The notes below the pieces were generated by a model that ran no database searches, was not told the origin of the DNA, and was given only the letters and a program-made list of their open reading frames with translations. The translations under genes and the position numbers were made by a program. A DNA stretch of 64,000 nt. It comes from Haplodiscus bocki. Lineage: Eukaryota. Shown piece after piece: positions 1 through 14,000 of this stretch; the stretch's first letter is position 1; every line of letters starts with the position of its first letter. Location of the stretch: contig OZ296657.1 of the NCBI GenBank assembly GCA_965655095.1, positions 54,188,001-54,252,000 of the forward strand, written 5' to 3'.

Positions 1-250
1 TACTAGCAGAAATTCGACCCCACAGTTTTTTGTATGAGTTTTTGTCTCAAAACAAACAAAAAGCATTTTTTGTTTGAAAAGTGGAAAACTGTGATTGTTA
101 TTTTGTGTTCATGCTATCATTTTGGGAACTGAGCAGAGGGTTTTTACAGAGAATTTAATCTCGGAATTTTTTCCTAGGATCAACTGCTCTTCCTTTTACA
201 CCTTTGGAAAAAGGTATAGTTTTTGTGTTCGGCCCAGAAACGTAATACAT

Positions 251-410
251 CCCTAGTTGAGAAAAAGTGAAATTCTTGCAAGATTCTTGCAAGATGTCTT
301 GCAATATCTTGCAAGAGAATGCATTATTCTTGCAGAAATCTTAGAAGATTTTGTAAGATTCATTTCATTCTTTCAAGATTTTAATGTTTCTTAGATTCTT
401 GCAAGAATAT
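251..410. repeat. Array of palindromic TCTTGCAAGA motifs after a CCC start; probable subterminal region of a non-autonomous DNA transposon
   Basis: CCCTAGTTGAGAAAAA followed by repeated TCTTGCAAGA and variants (274-408); the other end was not located. Confidence 0.5.
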
Positions 411-1205
411 CCTCGCTCTCATTGTTTTTTTATCGCACAAAATGTATCAGATACTCTTCTAAATTTTCCTCTATAAAATTGCTGGAAAAATCTAGCAGTC
501 GATTCAGAAGCAAGCGTTTCGCGTCAATCAAGACGATGACAACAATGATTTTATTCAAAAAGGCGAGATACAGTAACTTTGGACAAAAAATGTTTCTTTT
601 TGTGTTTCTATTCAGACAAGTTAAGCCATTACAAAACATACGATTTCAGAAAATTTCTTATCTCTGATGCTTTTAAACATGCTCAATTACAAAATACGTT
701 CAACTGCAGGTGTAAAGTTCATCAATTTTTGACTCTAGTTGTTGATTACGCTTGCTTTTTGGTGAAATGCATAAAATATCAGAACGTAAAGTGCATACAG
801 AAAATTTGTTTAGATTATCCGATCTCGTGGTTATTCAAAGCAAAGTTTAACTATTTCCTTATGTATTTTAACTTGTGATTTTTCTTCAACTCTACTACTT
901 TGAGGATTTTCTTTTTTTTTCAAGAATGCAAAGCACTTGGTGCTCCGAGTCTTTTCTTAAATTGGTTAGAACAACTTTATGCTACGGCGAGGATTGGTTA
1001 ATAGATAGCAAATGGACTATTTGGAGACTAGATCATCAAAGATTTTAACATTTTTGCCCCTTTTATCGCTTCCGATCACAGAAGCTTGGATGACTCAATT
1101 ATTCCAATTGATTAATTTTTCGAACGCTTTCGAAAAATGTGGTCTCGAAACGTTCGGATAACCGAGAACTCACGGTAAATCACTTCTATTCTGCTGTAGC
1201 CGTTA

Positions 1206-1928
1206 CACTAAAAACTTTCAAGCAAAGGACATGAAGACCTCAGGTAAAAGCGGACTACCTGCAAATAGTCCCAATTACCTCAGTGTCTTCCGAGATACCC
1301 AGATGAACTCAGATGAAACTACATGAAATTCTCAGGTAATTTTACCTGAGTTTTTCATGCATAATTACCTGAGCTGCCTTGTAATTTTTCTACTTCACTT
1401 TTTTTAATGTAAATGTATCTGAGTGCCTCCTGTAATGAAGTTTTTTGACAATTAGGTTTTTTGTGTATTAAATGTGGTTTTCGTGACATCCACTGTTTGC
1501 AGACTCTTTATTGCACCTTACACAGTGCTATTCTGCAACTTAGCCCATCGAAAAGGCACAACCTGAATTTTTCTCCGCTCATTGTTGTGACAAAATCAAT
1601 TGAAGATAAAACATTCATCGGGCCGTGCTGTGAAAGGAACTCTCTGCAGGTGGTCTCTCCGATCACGTTCTGGTCATCTCAACTTCCACTTTATTGCATG
1701 ATGGACTGAAATTTAGTATGCCTCTATACCTGATATTGAGTCTGAAGAATTTATAGTTCTATAACCTTTTTGCTCAAGAACTACATCATAGTAACTTATT
1801 AAATACACCGCCGAGGCAGCTCCGGTAATTCACCTGCGTTCCTCTTGAACTGCAATTAAAAATTACCTGGAACTCAGGAAACTCTCTTATACCATTAATT
1901 TCAAATTACCTGAGTAAATAGTATAGTG
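1206..1928. mobile_element. Degraded non-autonomous CACTA/EnSpm (CMC)-type element
   Basis: CACTA at 1206 and TAGTG ending 1928, both flanked by TA (possible 2-bp TSD); TACCTG/CAGGTA motifs clustered at both ends as in the element at 15799. Confidence 0.55.
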
Positions 1929-1974
1929 TAGCGATTTGAAATGCCACGCCGCATTGGGACATTCCAATGACTAC

Positions 1975-3000
1975 TGTATCGCGGAACGTTCGTCCGACGA
2001 TCTCGACGACTTCCGTTCCCTTCAGTCGAGTGATTCGAGTTTCTCGCGCTAAGTTTTTTCTCTGACTGAAATAGCGTTTCTAACTGTGTAGCGACAGGGG
2101 CAAAGATCGCATTTATTTTCATGTCAATTTCACTCGGAGACATTGTCCGACCACGCAATTGAGATTGCAAGTTGTCTTCTCCTTCGCTAGTTGACTCACC
2201 CGAATGATGGACATCACCAACTTCGACAAACTGTCTAGTTGGTGTTATATTTTCTTCTGGCAAACTATTCATGAGTTGGATGGCGAGAAAGTGACGTTTC
2301 ATCTTGTATTTGATTGAGTATGATCGAAACAATCAGATGTTTATAAAGCAAAAGTATGCATTTACAGAGTCGAATTTATGGGAACAATGATTCACGTATT
2401 GGTACTGCAATCGGGTGAAATGTAAGCTCTAAAGTTGTTGATTGATTTCTGCTGCGAAGTTGGGCCTCTAATTTGGTATAGTTAATGTTAGTCACGTGAG
2501 CATTTTACCACCGGCTGATTGATTTTTACCAATTCTACTTTTGAGATTGCACTTTAGCACCTTTTCAAGCGAATTACTTAGAATAGCAGTGATGTGATCG
2601 GTACAAGCACTATATTGGAAATATTAAACTTTCACCATTGGCGAAAACTTGATTTACATCGCATAGCTAACAATTCTATACCTGGGAGGGACCTATTTTG
2701 GAAATTGAATTTCCGGGTTTATCTCAGTCTCTCCCGAAAAGTTGTTATGACCATTGAATATTCGTGTCCGACTTTTGTGAGACTTCTCCCAAACTAGTTA
2801 CCTCGGTTAATGTTAATTGAGCTCGTCTTTTTCTGTTGATTCAATTGTTAACTGCTTTGGTCGGTTTTCTTAACGTTCATTTATTCCGTCCATCTGAGTG
2901 AATTGGTAGACACACTCTTGGGACTGTAAATTTGTGCTTCTTTCAGGTATTTTGTTCATGTCCATACTAATGTACACTTGGCTGGATCGGGACGCACACA
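1975..3000 (-). mobile_element. LTR-retroelement-like remnant containing an ORF1/gag-like N-terminus
   Basis: 143-aa ORF 1901-2332 (low-complexity acidic segment then coiled-coil-like stretch); TG/CA-like ends at about 3000 and 1975; no TSD found. Confidence 0.3.
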
Positions 3001-4957
3001 ATGCAGTGATCGATTTGTTCCAATTTCAAATCTTCTTTCAGCAGAACACTTGCTCAAATCGGTCCGCAGAATATTCCCAAGTCATGTTGCAATCGGTACA
3101 AGCTGTTATATAACCCATTTTCTCATTTGATCGACTTGGTTATGTTGATGTGCGCTTGTTCCCTTGAACATTTCGTGAGTAGATGTTTCAGCTCAGACAA
3201 GTGGTTTTTCTCATTTCCAATGAGCATAATATGTAGACATGTTCAAAGCGTGAATGGGGAAGTGAGAGAACATAATGACTTTTATATCGGTTAATATGGT
3301 TTGCTTCATTCAATATTTACCTCCAAAGTTTTCCTTTATTGAATACGGGCTACATAAAAGTACATAAGCTAGTTGCATATTGATATGTATGTAGTTATAA
3401 ATCCCTCATGAGAGCATGAGATTCCACTTTCTCCGGAAAGAAGGGGCGCAGAGGCTCAATGTGCATGGGTGATGTTTTATACGCGTTTTTCTGTGGGCAT
3501 TTGTTGGTTTTCAGGTGGTTTTCAGGTTGGCCGTAGTTCTTTCGTTGGTTCTGATTTCCGCGGGAGGAGAAATTCGGCTACTTCCTTCGTTGGCTAGTGC
3601 AGTGGTTTTTTTTGCCTGTTGGCGCCATCTTGTTTGTGCCAAGATGATTTTTTGGCGCCATGCGGCTGTCGTTTTTTATTCACTTTGATAACCTTGCTAG
3701 TCCGAGATTTGGAAACGGATGTTACTTATCCAGTTCTTGGCCAATGGGATTAGAGTACCGTGCTAGGGCTGACTGTTAATCGGAGACTCTTGAACGAAAA
3801 GCGGAAAAATTGAGTATTGGTCCACTTATCGGAAATTGGGTGGCTTGTCAATCAATTTGAGCGGTAGGAAACGGGCGGTAAGGCGGTATTGCTGACAATT
3901 TCGCCGGACTCTATTTCTCTTTTGTGGCCATTGTGTTTGTTTACTCAGTCAAGTTTGGTGCTTAACAAACAAAAAGATAAAGAAACGAGCCACTCTGTCT
4001 TTTCCTTTGATTTTTTGAAGAATTGGTGAGTTGTATTCCATTAGCAGCCAGTTCGCAGGTTCTTGCGGCGTTGAAAATTATATACAACATAGGTCTGTGT
4101 AGCAAACTGAGCGGAAATATGAAAAAATCGTCAAATTCTTCGTAATTGTCGTTCTTCTTTTCATTCGGTACCATCAAGATTGTCCCGTTTGGTTCCCTGT
4201 TGTCTTTGTTGCTTGGGTTGGATAAAGTTTTTTGGAATTGTTTGCAATTCATAATAGTTCAACTTTTGCTTTAATTTTGCTTTTTTTGCTGGGTGGTTGA
4301 TTGGGTGCAATACTGTTGTAGCACTTTTGAAGGTTGCGTTGGTTCGTTGACGTGTTGCAATCAGGTTGTCAGGTTGATCATTCCGGTTTATTGTCAGGGA
4401 TTGTGAGAGGTTTTTTTTCACGAGTATATAGATTTCTTCCTTTTTTCAGACGTTATTGATTATGTCTGTGTTGCCAACTGATGATGCGTGTCTTCGACAC
4501 AGAATGAAGACGGAGACTGTGTTGATGCAGTGCCCCCTGTCTCGGTGGAGAAGGCAGTGGCGAAATGCTGCATAATGTGGAAGATTCGCGATTGTTGGCA
4601 ATAGAACTTGCCAGGATGAGAGATACCCATCAACGAAAAGTGGTACCAAAAGCAACTCTCTTCTACTTGCCTCATATAGAAGCATGTACGCAAACTCTAG
4701 CTGCACCGGCACCCACAGAAATTTTCCAAGCAAGAATCTCCCTAAGGATTAGAAAAACTTTGTCGCTGAAATCTCCGCTAATTAACTTGGCCCACAGTGG
4801 AGGCCTGTTTTGATCCTGCAACTATACGTGTCTTGACATTCATCACCCACCAAAACGACGCAACGCTGAGAGCGCTGATTCTTACATCAGCCGCACATCA
4901 ATAATCAAAATATATGCGTGGAAAAAGTGTTTATTGATATTCCATGCAAGATATTGC

Positions 4958-5525
4958 GGTAGTCAGGAAGTGAACACACATGGTGATGTGTTGGAAGACA
5001 CTCCCGGTTTGAAGATAGGCTATAAACTCTGGGAACCGAACGGTTGGCAGAATGGTTTTTCTGTGGTTGGAGGACCCCTCTCGGTTCTAGGTTATTACGT
5101 GGGATCAATGTATTGAGATAGAGCTAAGGTAAGTGTTCGGTGGATTCGAGAGAATCAAAAGTTTAAGTTAGGGGTGCGGAGCCGAGTTTGTTCAGCATGC
5201 ATTAGGATATGGAGTGGCAGTAGTATTAGCAGCGGCAGGACAGCCAGGGGGCGTGAAGACCCTAAAGTAATCGGATAGTTAATGGGAGCCGAGAGCCGAG
5301 AAGGCTATTCACCCCATGTGTGGTGTGTTTTTTTGCTAGCGCGAATTTGGGTCAATTTGGTATGGTGAGTTTATGGGAAAAACTTTTTCTATAGTTTTTC
5401 TGGTTGGATATTTATCAAGGTGTGAAACAAAAAATTACGCCTGCGATTACTTTTTCCGGCTGTTGTTAAATAGCCTGCGGCTTTCCTTACGCCTGAGGAT
5501 AATTCTTTAAGCTGCAGTTACTGAT
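4958..5525 (+). repeat. Left TIR of Polinton A
   Basis: Reverse-complement match to 14650-15233; GGTAGTCAGGAAGTGA resembles the AGTAGTAAGAGAGTGA terminus of B. Confidence 0.8.
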
Positions 5526-5641
5526 CTGATTTATTGCTATGTAAAAAGACTGATATGAAGTGTCAAAAAGTTATTCAGAGAGCGAAAATTTTTACGAAGT
5601 CATTGCATAACCTGCACATTCAAAATTAAAAGAAAGAAAGT

Positions 5642-6035
5642 TTACTTGTAGTTTTTGACAGAGGAAGGAACGCTAATATGGTGACTTTTTTTAACTTTTT
5701 CTGCCGGAGGTTTGGAAATCAGCTTATATCGTGCAGAAAGAGCAAACACTGGGATGGTATTGAGGTGGATCTGGCATCATTTGTCTGAACAGTTGCTTAA
5801 GGAAACTGTATTTCTCTCAATCAAGAGCGTCTGCAAATCTAAAAATTGCAATCAGAGCTTGCAATCATTATGCAATGCTCACCCGCCGAATAACTGGGTT
5901 GAGTATTCGAAGTGGCAAGCCTGTTTGCAAAGGCTTGGATCATATTTTGAAGAAAATAACCCAATCCGTGCCGTTATTTGACCAAAACTAAGCGAGTCTT
6001 TGTTTACTGGAGATAAAATTACTCATTTAGGCTAT
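5642..6035 (-). pseudogene. Adenain-like cysteine protease (Polinton A)
   Basis: Reads NTQPS..GEHCIMIA..FADAL across frames; homologous to 32239-32615. Confidence 0.75.
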
Positions 6036-7385
6036 TCTCTCCAACAACGCCAATTTTGTCAACTGCACCCGGAGGTATTTGATCTCCTAATACAGTGAGC
6101 TCAGGAACTTTTTCTAAAAAGAGTGTAAAGTTTAACTGCAGTCTTAGTGGTTCTCCAACGAATTCTGTGTAATGACAATTTCAAAAATGCTTTGCATGCA
6201 GGTCAAATGAAACACTCGTACATAGTGATTTTTGAATTTGTCACGAAAAAATGAGGTATATCATATTCAACGTTCTTGGTTGTCTTTGTCGGAACATAGA
6301 AGCGACAATTATCAGCTGCATCAAAGTCTATGAACGTTTGAACTCCTCTGAGTATTCGAAGTTGTCTTACATTGAACTGCTGTAGAAAAACTGGTTTTCA
6401 GTGAAAGCATGATTTACAATTCAGTGGAAGCATAGTTTGATATCATTGCAATAGCACTTTCACGAACTGGAGTTTTGTTGAAAACCTCTGCGTGAGTGAA
6501 TTGGTTTTGCTCGACAGGACTCGCAAAAGTCGATGCTAGAGTCTGAAAAAAGTTGAACTCCATAAATGTATCCAAGTATGTCTTCTCTTTTCCTGTCATT
6601 AGCATTCGTGAGAGCAAAACGACCGGTTTGTAGCGAACGATCAACAATTCCTAGACTGACGATGGGTTTGTCGCTAATCAAGTAAAAACTAGGTCTGTCT
6701 CTAATTAGTCGTAGACGAACTTTCATGTTTGGATTCAACAATTCAAAAGTGGAGAAAAAGTCATGTCAACACCCAAAATGCTTTATAACATGAGGCAACC
6801 AATTCTATTAGGAAGTTTCATTCTTCTCCTGAAAAAATGTTCAGACAAGGTTCCGCCCATTTTCTCATCAGAACATTCTTCCTAGTCCCGCTTTTTCCAG
6901 TGAAAAGTTTCGTTGTATTCAGATGTGATGCTTTTGAAGTTGTTGGAAACATAAGATATGTGTGTAGCGCCCATTAGAGTTGTATATTTGCTGATTGTTA
7001 AAGTACACCTCAACTTCGATAATTTTTGGAGCAACATTTGTTTTTATGTAAAAGCAAAAGAACTACAGCGTCTTCTTCCTCCATTTCCGCAATTGTTGCA
7101 GTCGTTTTTGATTCTTACTGTGTTCTTTTTTCTTTGGTAGTGTAAGTTTCGTAACGATGACTTTTGACAAATTTCGGTTTCACAGTTACAAAAACATCTC
7201 TCAAGTTAACGCAAAAACTCCCAACCAACTGAAAATCGAACTCTATGCAGTCTTCTTTGATTGAAGTTGTATGAAAAAAGTCACGTTCGCGGGACAGCAA
7301 GACGTTGTCTTTCACTGAAACTTTGCCTCCAAGATTTACAGAAACTGCTACAGAAATTGGGCACCAAAACTTTTAGGACATGCTT
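6036..7385 (-). pseudogene. Major capsid protein (double jelly-roll, hexon/PY-like) of Polinton A
   Basis: Fragments CIEFDFQ..VNLRD, LNPNMKVRLRLIRDRPSFYL, EFNFFQTLASTF..NQF are colinear with the B capsid. Confidence 0.75.
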
Positions 7386-7400
7386 AATGAGAAGTGTTTG

Positions 7401-7748
7401 TTAAGACGACCGACTGGTTTGTTCTACAGATTTTACTGAAATGACTCTGCTTGGCTGACTCCTGTCTGCAAGTTTCCTTCCGCCAATGGCAACCTGGCCT
7501 TTTCTGCCATCACTACCCAACCGTTTTTTCTTAGTTCGTCTTCTCACACTCTCTGCAGTTGTCCTGAAGATGTGTCTACTACCCAATTGTTTTGCAATTT
7601 CTGGCGCAGCGAACTCCATTAAGAGAGCACCCATACATTTTGAAGCTGGAACAACCTATTTACGCAAAAAATGTTTTCCGGTTCTCCTTATAACTTTAAC
7701 CATTAAGTATATAGCATGGAATCTTTAAATGTTGTGAAGCAAGACCAT
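7401..7748 (-). pseudogene. Basic core/pX-like protein of Polinton A
   Basis: LMEFAAPEIAKQLGSRHIFRTTAESVRRRTKKKRLGS matches B 34548-34893. Confidence 0.65.
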
Positions 7749-7769
7749 GTAGCGCTTTTCTCGTTGGAT

Positions 7770-8540
7770 GCTTTTCAGAACATCAAAACATGTCAACTGA
7801 CTCTGCAAGACACAAAGCGAAATTTTCCAACGCTCGTGTCTCTCAAGCTGATTTGTATACTATGAAAAGAATTTTTGAGCAGCAGTCTGAGGTGTTGTTT
7901 ACTGAAAGTCTCATAGTCCTTTTACTGTCCAGTATTTATAGGAACCCCTGTTTTTAACTTTGAATCAAAGTGAAAGCAATGGCGTTTTTGTTTCACAAAC
8001 AAAAATGTACTCAATCAGGTCTGTGTGTGTCATGAGTGTATGCGGGAAAAGTTGCCCGCTAATTTTGGTTTCTGAGGTCTCTTTTCTCTCTACATCGTTT
8101 TGATTTCATTGCCAACAATACTCCCAAAGACGTTTTCCAAGTCCCTACTAAAAAATGAAAGCTGGGTCCTTCCTTTGCAACACAAATATCAGCTTTTTAT
8201 GTTCTTCGAGACGCTCGGACTGTGATTCAATTTTCGCTGTGATTGTGTCCTTCTTGAATGAGCGTGTTGAAGCGTTCAACAAATTTGGTAATGAAATAGT
8301 CAAGACCGGGTTCCATATAGTAAAAGTCTGACGTTTTTGAAGCAATAATAACCAAAAATTATGAACTCTTGCTCTATAACATATTGGTACCTTGATTGTT
8401 AGGGTTTTTCGAAAAAAGCAAAAATCCATTGCCCCTCCAGAAAAACTTCTTCCTTCAAAAATTTTCTAAAAGAAATGGGGGCGTTCTCTGGAAATAGCTG
8501 TACCGATACATCCGAAACCCAAAATTTTGTGAACGACACC
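7770..8540 (-). pseudogene. Minor capsid (penton-like) protein of Polinton A
   Basis: N-terminus SFT..VS..SVQLFPENAPISFRKFL..FLEGQW is typical of Maverick minor capsid (S..FPxNT.S.F...L.G.WEV). Confidence 0.75.
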
Positions 8541-8544
8541 ACTG

Positions 8545-9330
8545 TTAATGAACTCTGATCAACTTTTTTCGTTGGAATTCAGCTTGAAGAAACTGTACAT
8601 TTTTGTGTTTGTTATTGTTCTTTTATTATGCGTGTTGGCTGTTTTCTGGAGGCAATTGCAGCAATTTTGAAATTTTTTTGTGTAAACTGGGGCTTGTAAA
8701 CCTTCCTCAATCGCAAAACGTACTTAGGGGTGACAGTTCTGTCTCCATTTTCATCTGGGGCTTCTGGAATCCCCGAGTGGTTTGCTGTAGAAAATGGACA
8801 AAAAGTCGGAATTCTTGACTTTCTTTGGTATCAAGTCTATGGAATCAATTCTTCTGGAGGGTATTGTTGTGAAAAAGTTAGTTGTGGAAGTACTTATGGC
8901 CATGTTTTTCCAAGTAAGGGTAACGAAAAATTATCAGGATAGTTTTGTAGGTTCAGCAAATGCAGTATTCGTGTCCCTCATGGTAGAGTATAATCACATT
9001 CTTTCAGTTTTCTCAAAAAGTTTTAGTCCTCTGGCAAAATCTGTTCCCGTCTTGACCAAAAATGTCATTGGTTCATGCTTTTTCGTAATCTTAGTCAAAA
9101 GGGCTCGAAGAGGTTGCATGGAATCTTTTTATTTCTTTTTTTTTTGCAACCACGGTTCTATCAAACAGGTCTTGACGAAATAGTAATTACTTTACACGGT
9201 TATTGTCTTCTGCTAGTTTCTTAATGTATGCCACATCCATGTACCAAATTTAACAAATCATTCCAGCAAAGTCCTTCATTTTCTTCAGTTTACGTTTGGC
9301 CAGAGTACTTTTTGAATGGAAGGCGTTTGG
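8545..9330 (-). pseudogene. RVE integrase of Polinton A (N-terminus deleted)
   Basis: IWYMDVAY, LFRQDLFDRTV and downstream segments are colinear with B integrase. Confidence 0.75.
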
Positions 9331-9599
9331 ATACAAAAGTTGTCTCCTTCGATATGGGTTTTTTGATAGTCTCACATGAAAAAAAACAACTTTGTTCAAT
9401 TTTCAAAGCAATTATTGAGCACCTGGCACGATGATGCGCAATCTGGATATTGATAATCGCACCCGCAGATATATTCAAAAGTCTTTTTGCTCACAAATAC
9501 TTCCCCAGAACACTTTTTCTCAGACAATACTTGTTCCGAAGATTGTTGAAATTGATATTGTTAGAGCAAAGAGCAGAATGGAATTTGCTACATATCGTA

Positions 9600-10280
9600 T
9601 TATTTCTCGAATATTTCGAACTCGTATGTAAAGTAATATCGGTTCTTGTAGAGGTGGTATTTTTCACAATGCTAAATGTTGACACTTTCTGCAAGTATGA
9701 AATCAATACGGTATTGCTCAGACCTTTTGATAAAGAGGATTGGAGATTTGTTGTTCTCAAATCTGATCGCTCAACTAACTTGTCTGTTTGAATGTTCAAT
9801 GACTTCTTCGTTGAAAAGAACAAAGAGATTGTCTTTTGATTTTGTGAACTCAATCTCGTTTTTGGGTTCCGGAAGTGGAACTTGTAAGCAGTTGCTTCCT
9901 CGTTCAAAAGCCTTTAGAAAATCTCGAGAACTCTCAGTCATTGCGTCAAGTTTTTTACGGAATTTTTTTCTTCTTGTGGGATTTAACACAGCTGTTTCTT
10001 CGAATGGCAATATTGAAACAGTTCGATTGTGACGGATTTTCTGTTGGAGCCTTACCTAAATCGTGCTAGCCGTTGCTTGGACTGGGAATCGTCAAACATA
10101 CTACATCAAAGATAACAATCTGCTTCCGTTTCTTCCAAAAATTATCGTGATTTTTCTACGTCAAAATGATACTTTTGGAACAAACTGAGAGTTTCCTTTT
10201 TGACAAACATCAACTGTTTTCCTGAGTGACTTCTGAAACATGATGTTATCGCTGCTATTGTTGTGAAGGCAATGCGGATT
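9600..10280 (-). pseudogene. Conserved accessory protein (possible PC4-like ssDNA-binding repeats), Polinton A
   Basis: RDFLKAFERGSNCLQVPLPEPKNEIEFTKSKDNLF..VIEHSNRQ matches B 43294-43617. Confidence 0.6.
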
Positions 10281-11026
10281 GGCGTAGGATTTCGATTTTT
10301 AGCGATTGCTTCACTTTTATTCCAAACCAATCAGGTTTGAATAGTTCTCTGTTGACAATGTATTGTGAAACTGTGCCCTAGTGATTAAAAGTATGACAGG
10401 TTAACTGAGTCGCTACAAAAACTTACGTCGATAGTTACATGAATCGGAAATTTTTGTCAGACTATGTTCACTAATGCCTCTGTGCGAATTTCAATGCTTG
10501 CTTCTTCTATGGAAATCTTTTTGTTAGAAAGTTGAGACGAAATTAAAAAGTATAAACATGTTGACATTCGCAGAGAAGCTGTCTTCCAATCTTGGGAACT
10601 CTTTGAACTTTAATGATTTTCCCAGACAATGTTTATTTGTCAGGCGAACTTAAATTACTTGATTGATATTCTCAGTTAGTCTGTTGCCCTATCAGGGAGT
10701 TTGATCAACTGGAATAATTCTTACAGGTAAAAAGTCACCACTTGAGAAGATAAAAAGTTTATTTAATTAAGGTTTTCCTCTTGACGAAATGTCGTCTATA
10801 GAGAATGAAGAAAGGATTGATAGCTCTTTTTTTTGTTTTTGTGAAGGACTCTCTTTTCCTTGTCTTGTGAATCTGTCGTTACGTTTTAGGTCTTGTCAGT
10901 TATGGTATTTAGTACTGAATAATTTTTGGTACATTTTTTTGCCAATATTTTTTTTGCCCTGTTGCAGTCAAGTTTCTACAATCTCTGCCTTGGATTCAGA
11001 CTATTTTGTAACTCTCTTTTTCCTAA

Positions 11027-14000
11027 ATGCCTTCCCTCAGTTGCCTTGAAGAAGTTGATTGTAAGAAGTATGGATCGCAAACTACAAAGCCTGATCTTGC
11101 GCGTCAAAAGAGAAGATGTTCAATAGGAACCCTGTACTTCGCTAAATGTCTATATTTCTTGACAGTCTCCCAGGTTGACTTCAAATTTCATATTGCCAAA
11201 AACACAGCTCAACCATTTCATAGATTTTCTATAAGTGTCAATCTTAGAGTGAAGACTTTCCCGATTTCTATTCACCGACAAAGGTTCATGGATCGAAGAC
11301 TGCATCACTTTCAGAAAGTACTCCCTTTAAACTTATACCCAGAGAAGTAGACATCGACATGTAGCAGGAAAACTTGGGAACCTGGAAAAACTTTCTCGTC
11401 GAATTTGTGACGGAGATTGGGGTACAGAAAGTGTTTAACTTCAAAATAGATTCTCTCAGCCGGCACTTATTGATTGAGAATTTGAATCTATTGTTTGATA
11501 GTCTAACATGTGCAGTCAATTTATGTGTAGCTTTTGATTTACTTCTCAAAACTGTAGATGATCGTAATTTTTGCCGTCATTATGCCTGCGAACTTAACAC
11601 ACCGATGTATCGATCTAGACTAGTGACTACAAAAGATTGGTCAACAATGATGACTTCACAGGAAATATTTACAGCGACTCAATCTCTTGCACGAGAATGG
11701 ACACAGAAAATGGACCTGTGACAAGCAAATGAATGTGACATTATTTGCTAGTTTACCAAATGAATCTCTTATAGGATATAAAATTGCTGTTTTGCCGAAA
11801 CCACTCGTCAGAAATTGTTCAGTCAATTTTTTAACTTTTGATAAGAGAACCAGAAAATCAAACAACGATAATAAACGTCTCTCCAGATTTTGGTCCTCCA
11901 TTGGCGCGGTGAGAATAACTGGAGAAAGAAACGTCCAAATTGTTTGCGACCAGACTACAAAACATGGACAACGCTGATACAACGAGAACCCAAGGCATTT
12001 GCAGGGACGATAATCCAACGGTTGAAGATTTTACCAGAATCAACATTTTCTCTACGACATTGATTTTGCAGATACAGCTCTTGTTGAAGAATTTGCGAGA
12101 AGAAGCATAGAAATATGTTCCAACACTCTGCGGCTGTTACGTTGCAGTATCCATTTTTGCTATGTGTCAGATACCATTGCTCTTTTCGAGGCGTATCGTT
12201 GCCTTTCTGATAATCAATTCATTTTTAGAAATGGGAACGGGCGAATTTTTAATATTATGCCAAAATTGAGCGAAAGATGACTCGCCAAAAAACATATATG
12301 AGCTGTGTTAAACTCTTTTTGGAACATTAGAACAAAAACTCTTTATGAATGGGGATATTTTGGATTTTATGTCAATTTGTTTGGAGGATGAACAAACTAA
12401 AGAATAAGAAACTTCAACATAGATCAGAAAACAAATCCCAATTGCCAATTCACTATCTTTTAATTTTTCAGAAGATCGTAATTTCTTCTGCAAAATTAAC
12501 TTTCGTGACTGGGTGTCATCTTTAAATGAGGTTTTGAAAAACCTTGCCAAACAAAGTAAACGGCAAAAAAACAGAAAAAAAAGAGAATCCTGCAAGTTGG
12601 AACAACAAAACAAAACAAATTGGATTTTTTCTCAGAGTTCGTAATCAACGTCGCACCAATAGAATCAACATCGATGAGCATTGATTTAAAAATGACTCTG
12701 ATAATGTCTGAAATAACGTTCCAACAATCGAGGTTTTTCGAAAAACGTTGCATTTTATCCCAATAAGAGTATTGACATTCTAGGAATTGGATGTATTTTG
12801 CCCAATCTTGCCAGCATTTGTCTGCAAAAGTCTACTAGCGCTAAATTTTATTGCTTCACAAAGAGCGACAAAAACTTGTTGGAAAAATACCGCGAAGACA
12901 TAGTTGGAGGACTTTCAATATTGTTTAAAAGCTGCTAATGATAAAACTCCAACTGTCAGGTTCTCAAAAATTTGCAATTCAATGGCTGAGATTGATGCTA
13001 GCGACCTTTACTCGTTTTCAATATGTCAGACCAAGCCGACAAGACTTTATAATAGATGGCAACTTTATGAAGACTTGCAAAGATTCAAGCGCAAACAAAA
13101 CAGGAGTTGAGGCTTTGAAAACATGTTCGTGGCACAATTTACACAAATCAGACTCGGTTGTAAGAATTAGAGCTTAATGTTTCAGTGTAGACGGATTTTG
13201 TATGCATTGGAACACCGTGTTTGAAACTCTGGCGGTTTTCGTCATGAATCTTCTTGTCAGGAATCACGACCTTTTCTAACAGAAGATGACATTATAATCC
13301 AATAAAATGGGAACGAATGGACAAAATGCGAGAATAGTAGATTGAGAAAGTAACAGGATTTTGTTGGAAGATGAAAAAATGAGTGGTGGTCATTTTACTA
13401 GAGAGATGCTCAAATGAAAAAACAACTGAAAAAACCGTTCCCTTTCAAAATACCATTGAGAGAAGATCAAATAAGGGAGAAAACAGCATCGGGTTGATAG
13501 CTTGTTTATGCACTGTATGGTATTCATGTTCCACAGTATCTGAGAGAACACATTTCCTTTTCCCTCGGGTCTAAAAAAACACCAATCTATCCAAATAAGT
13601 TATGGTTCCTTCAATGAAAAAGTTTGCAGAGAAAGAAGAACTCATGAACCAGATTCGACAAATCTTACTCCGCGTAATGCTTGTCGACATATAGACGAAA
13701 ATCCCAACTCCACTATTGTTGCAGAGACAATGAAATTGCTTGCCAACAGTTTGTATTTTTATCATGTTTTGGCTCGTAGTGGTCATACTGTTGCAAAATA
13801 CCTGAATGAGGAGAAGATTCTTGCACCAACAACAAACTGTTTAAGAGACAAATTCCTATCAATGATCAATTCAATAAGGTGGAACTGGTGAAGCAATAGA
13901 TTGAACAAGAGAAGCCAATCACTGTGGGTTTTTTTAACCTTGAATTATGCTAATTTTGAAACACCGGAGCTTTAACCCGACTTCTCAAATTTTGCGACAG

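Noticed and set aside
3440-4890. Further retroelement-like coding fragments
   Set aside because: The composition suggests decayed LTR-element sequence, but no diagnostic motif could be read
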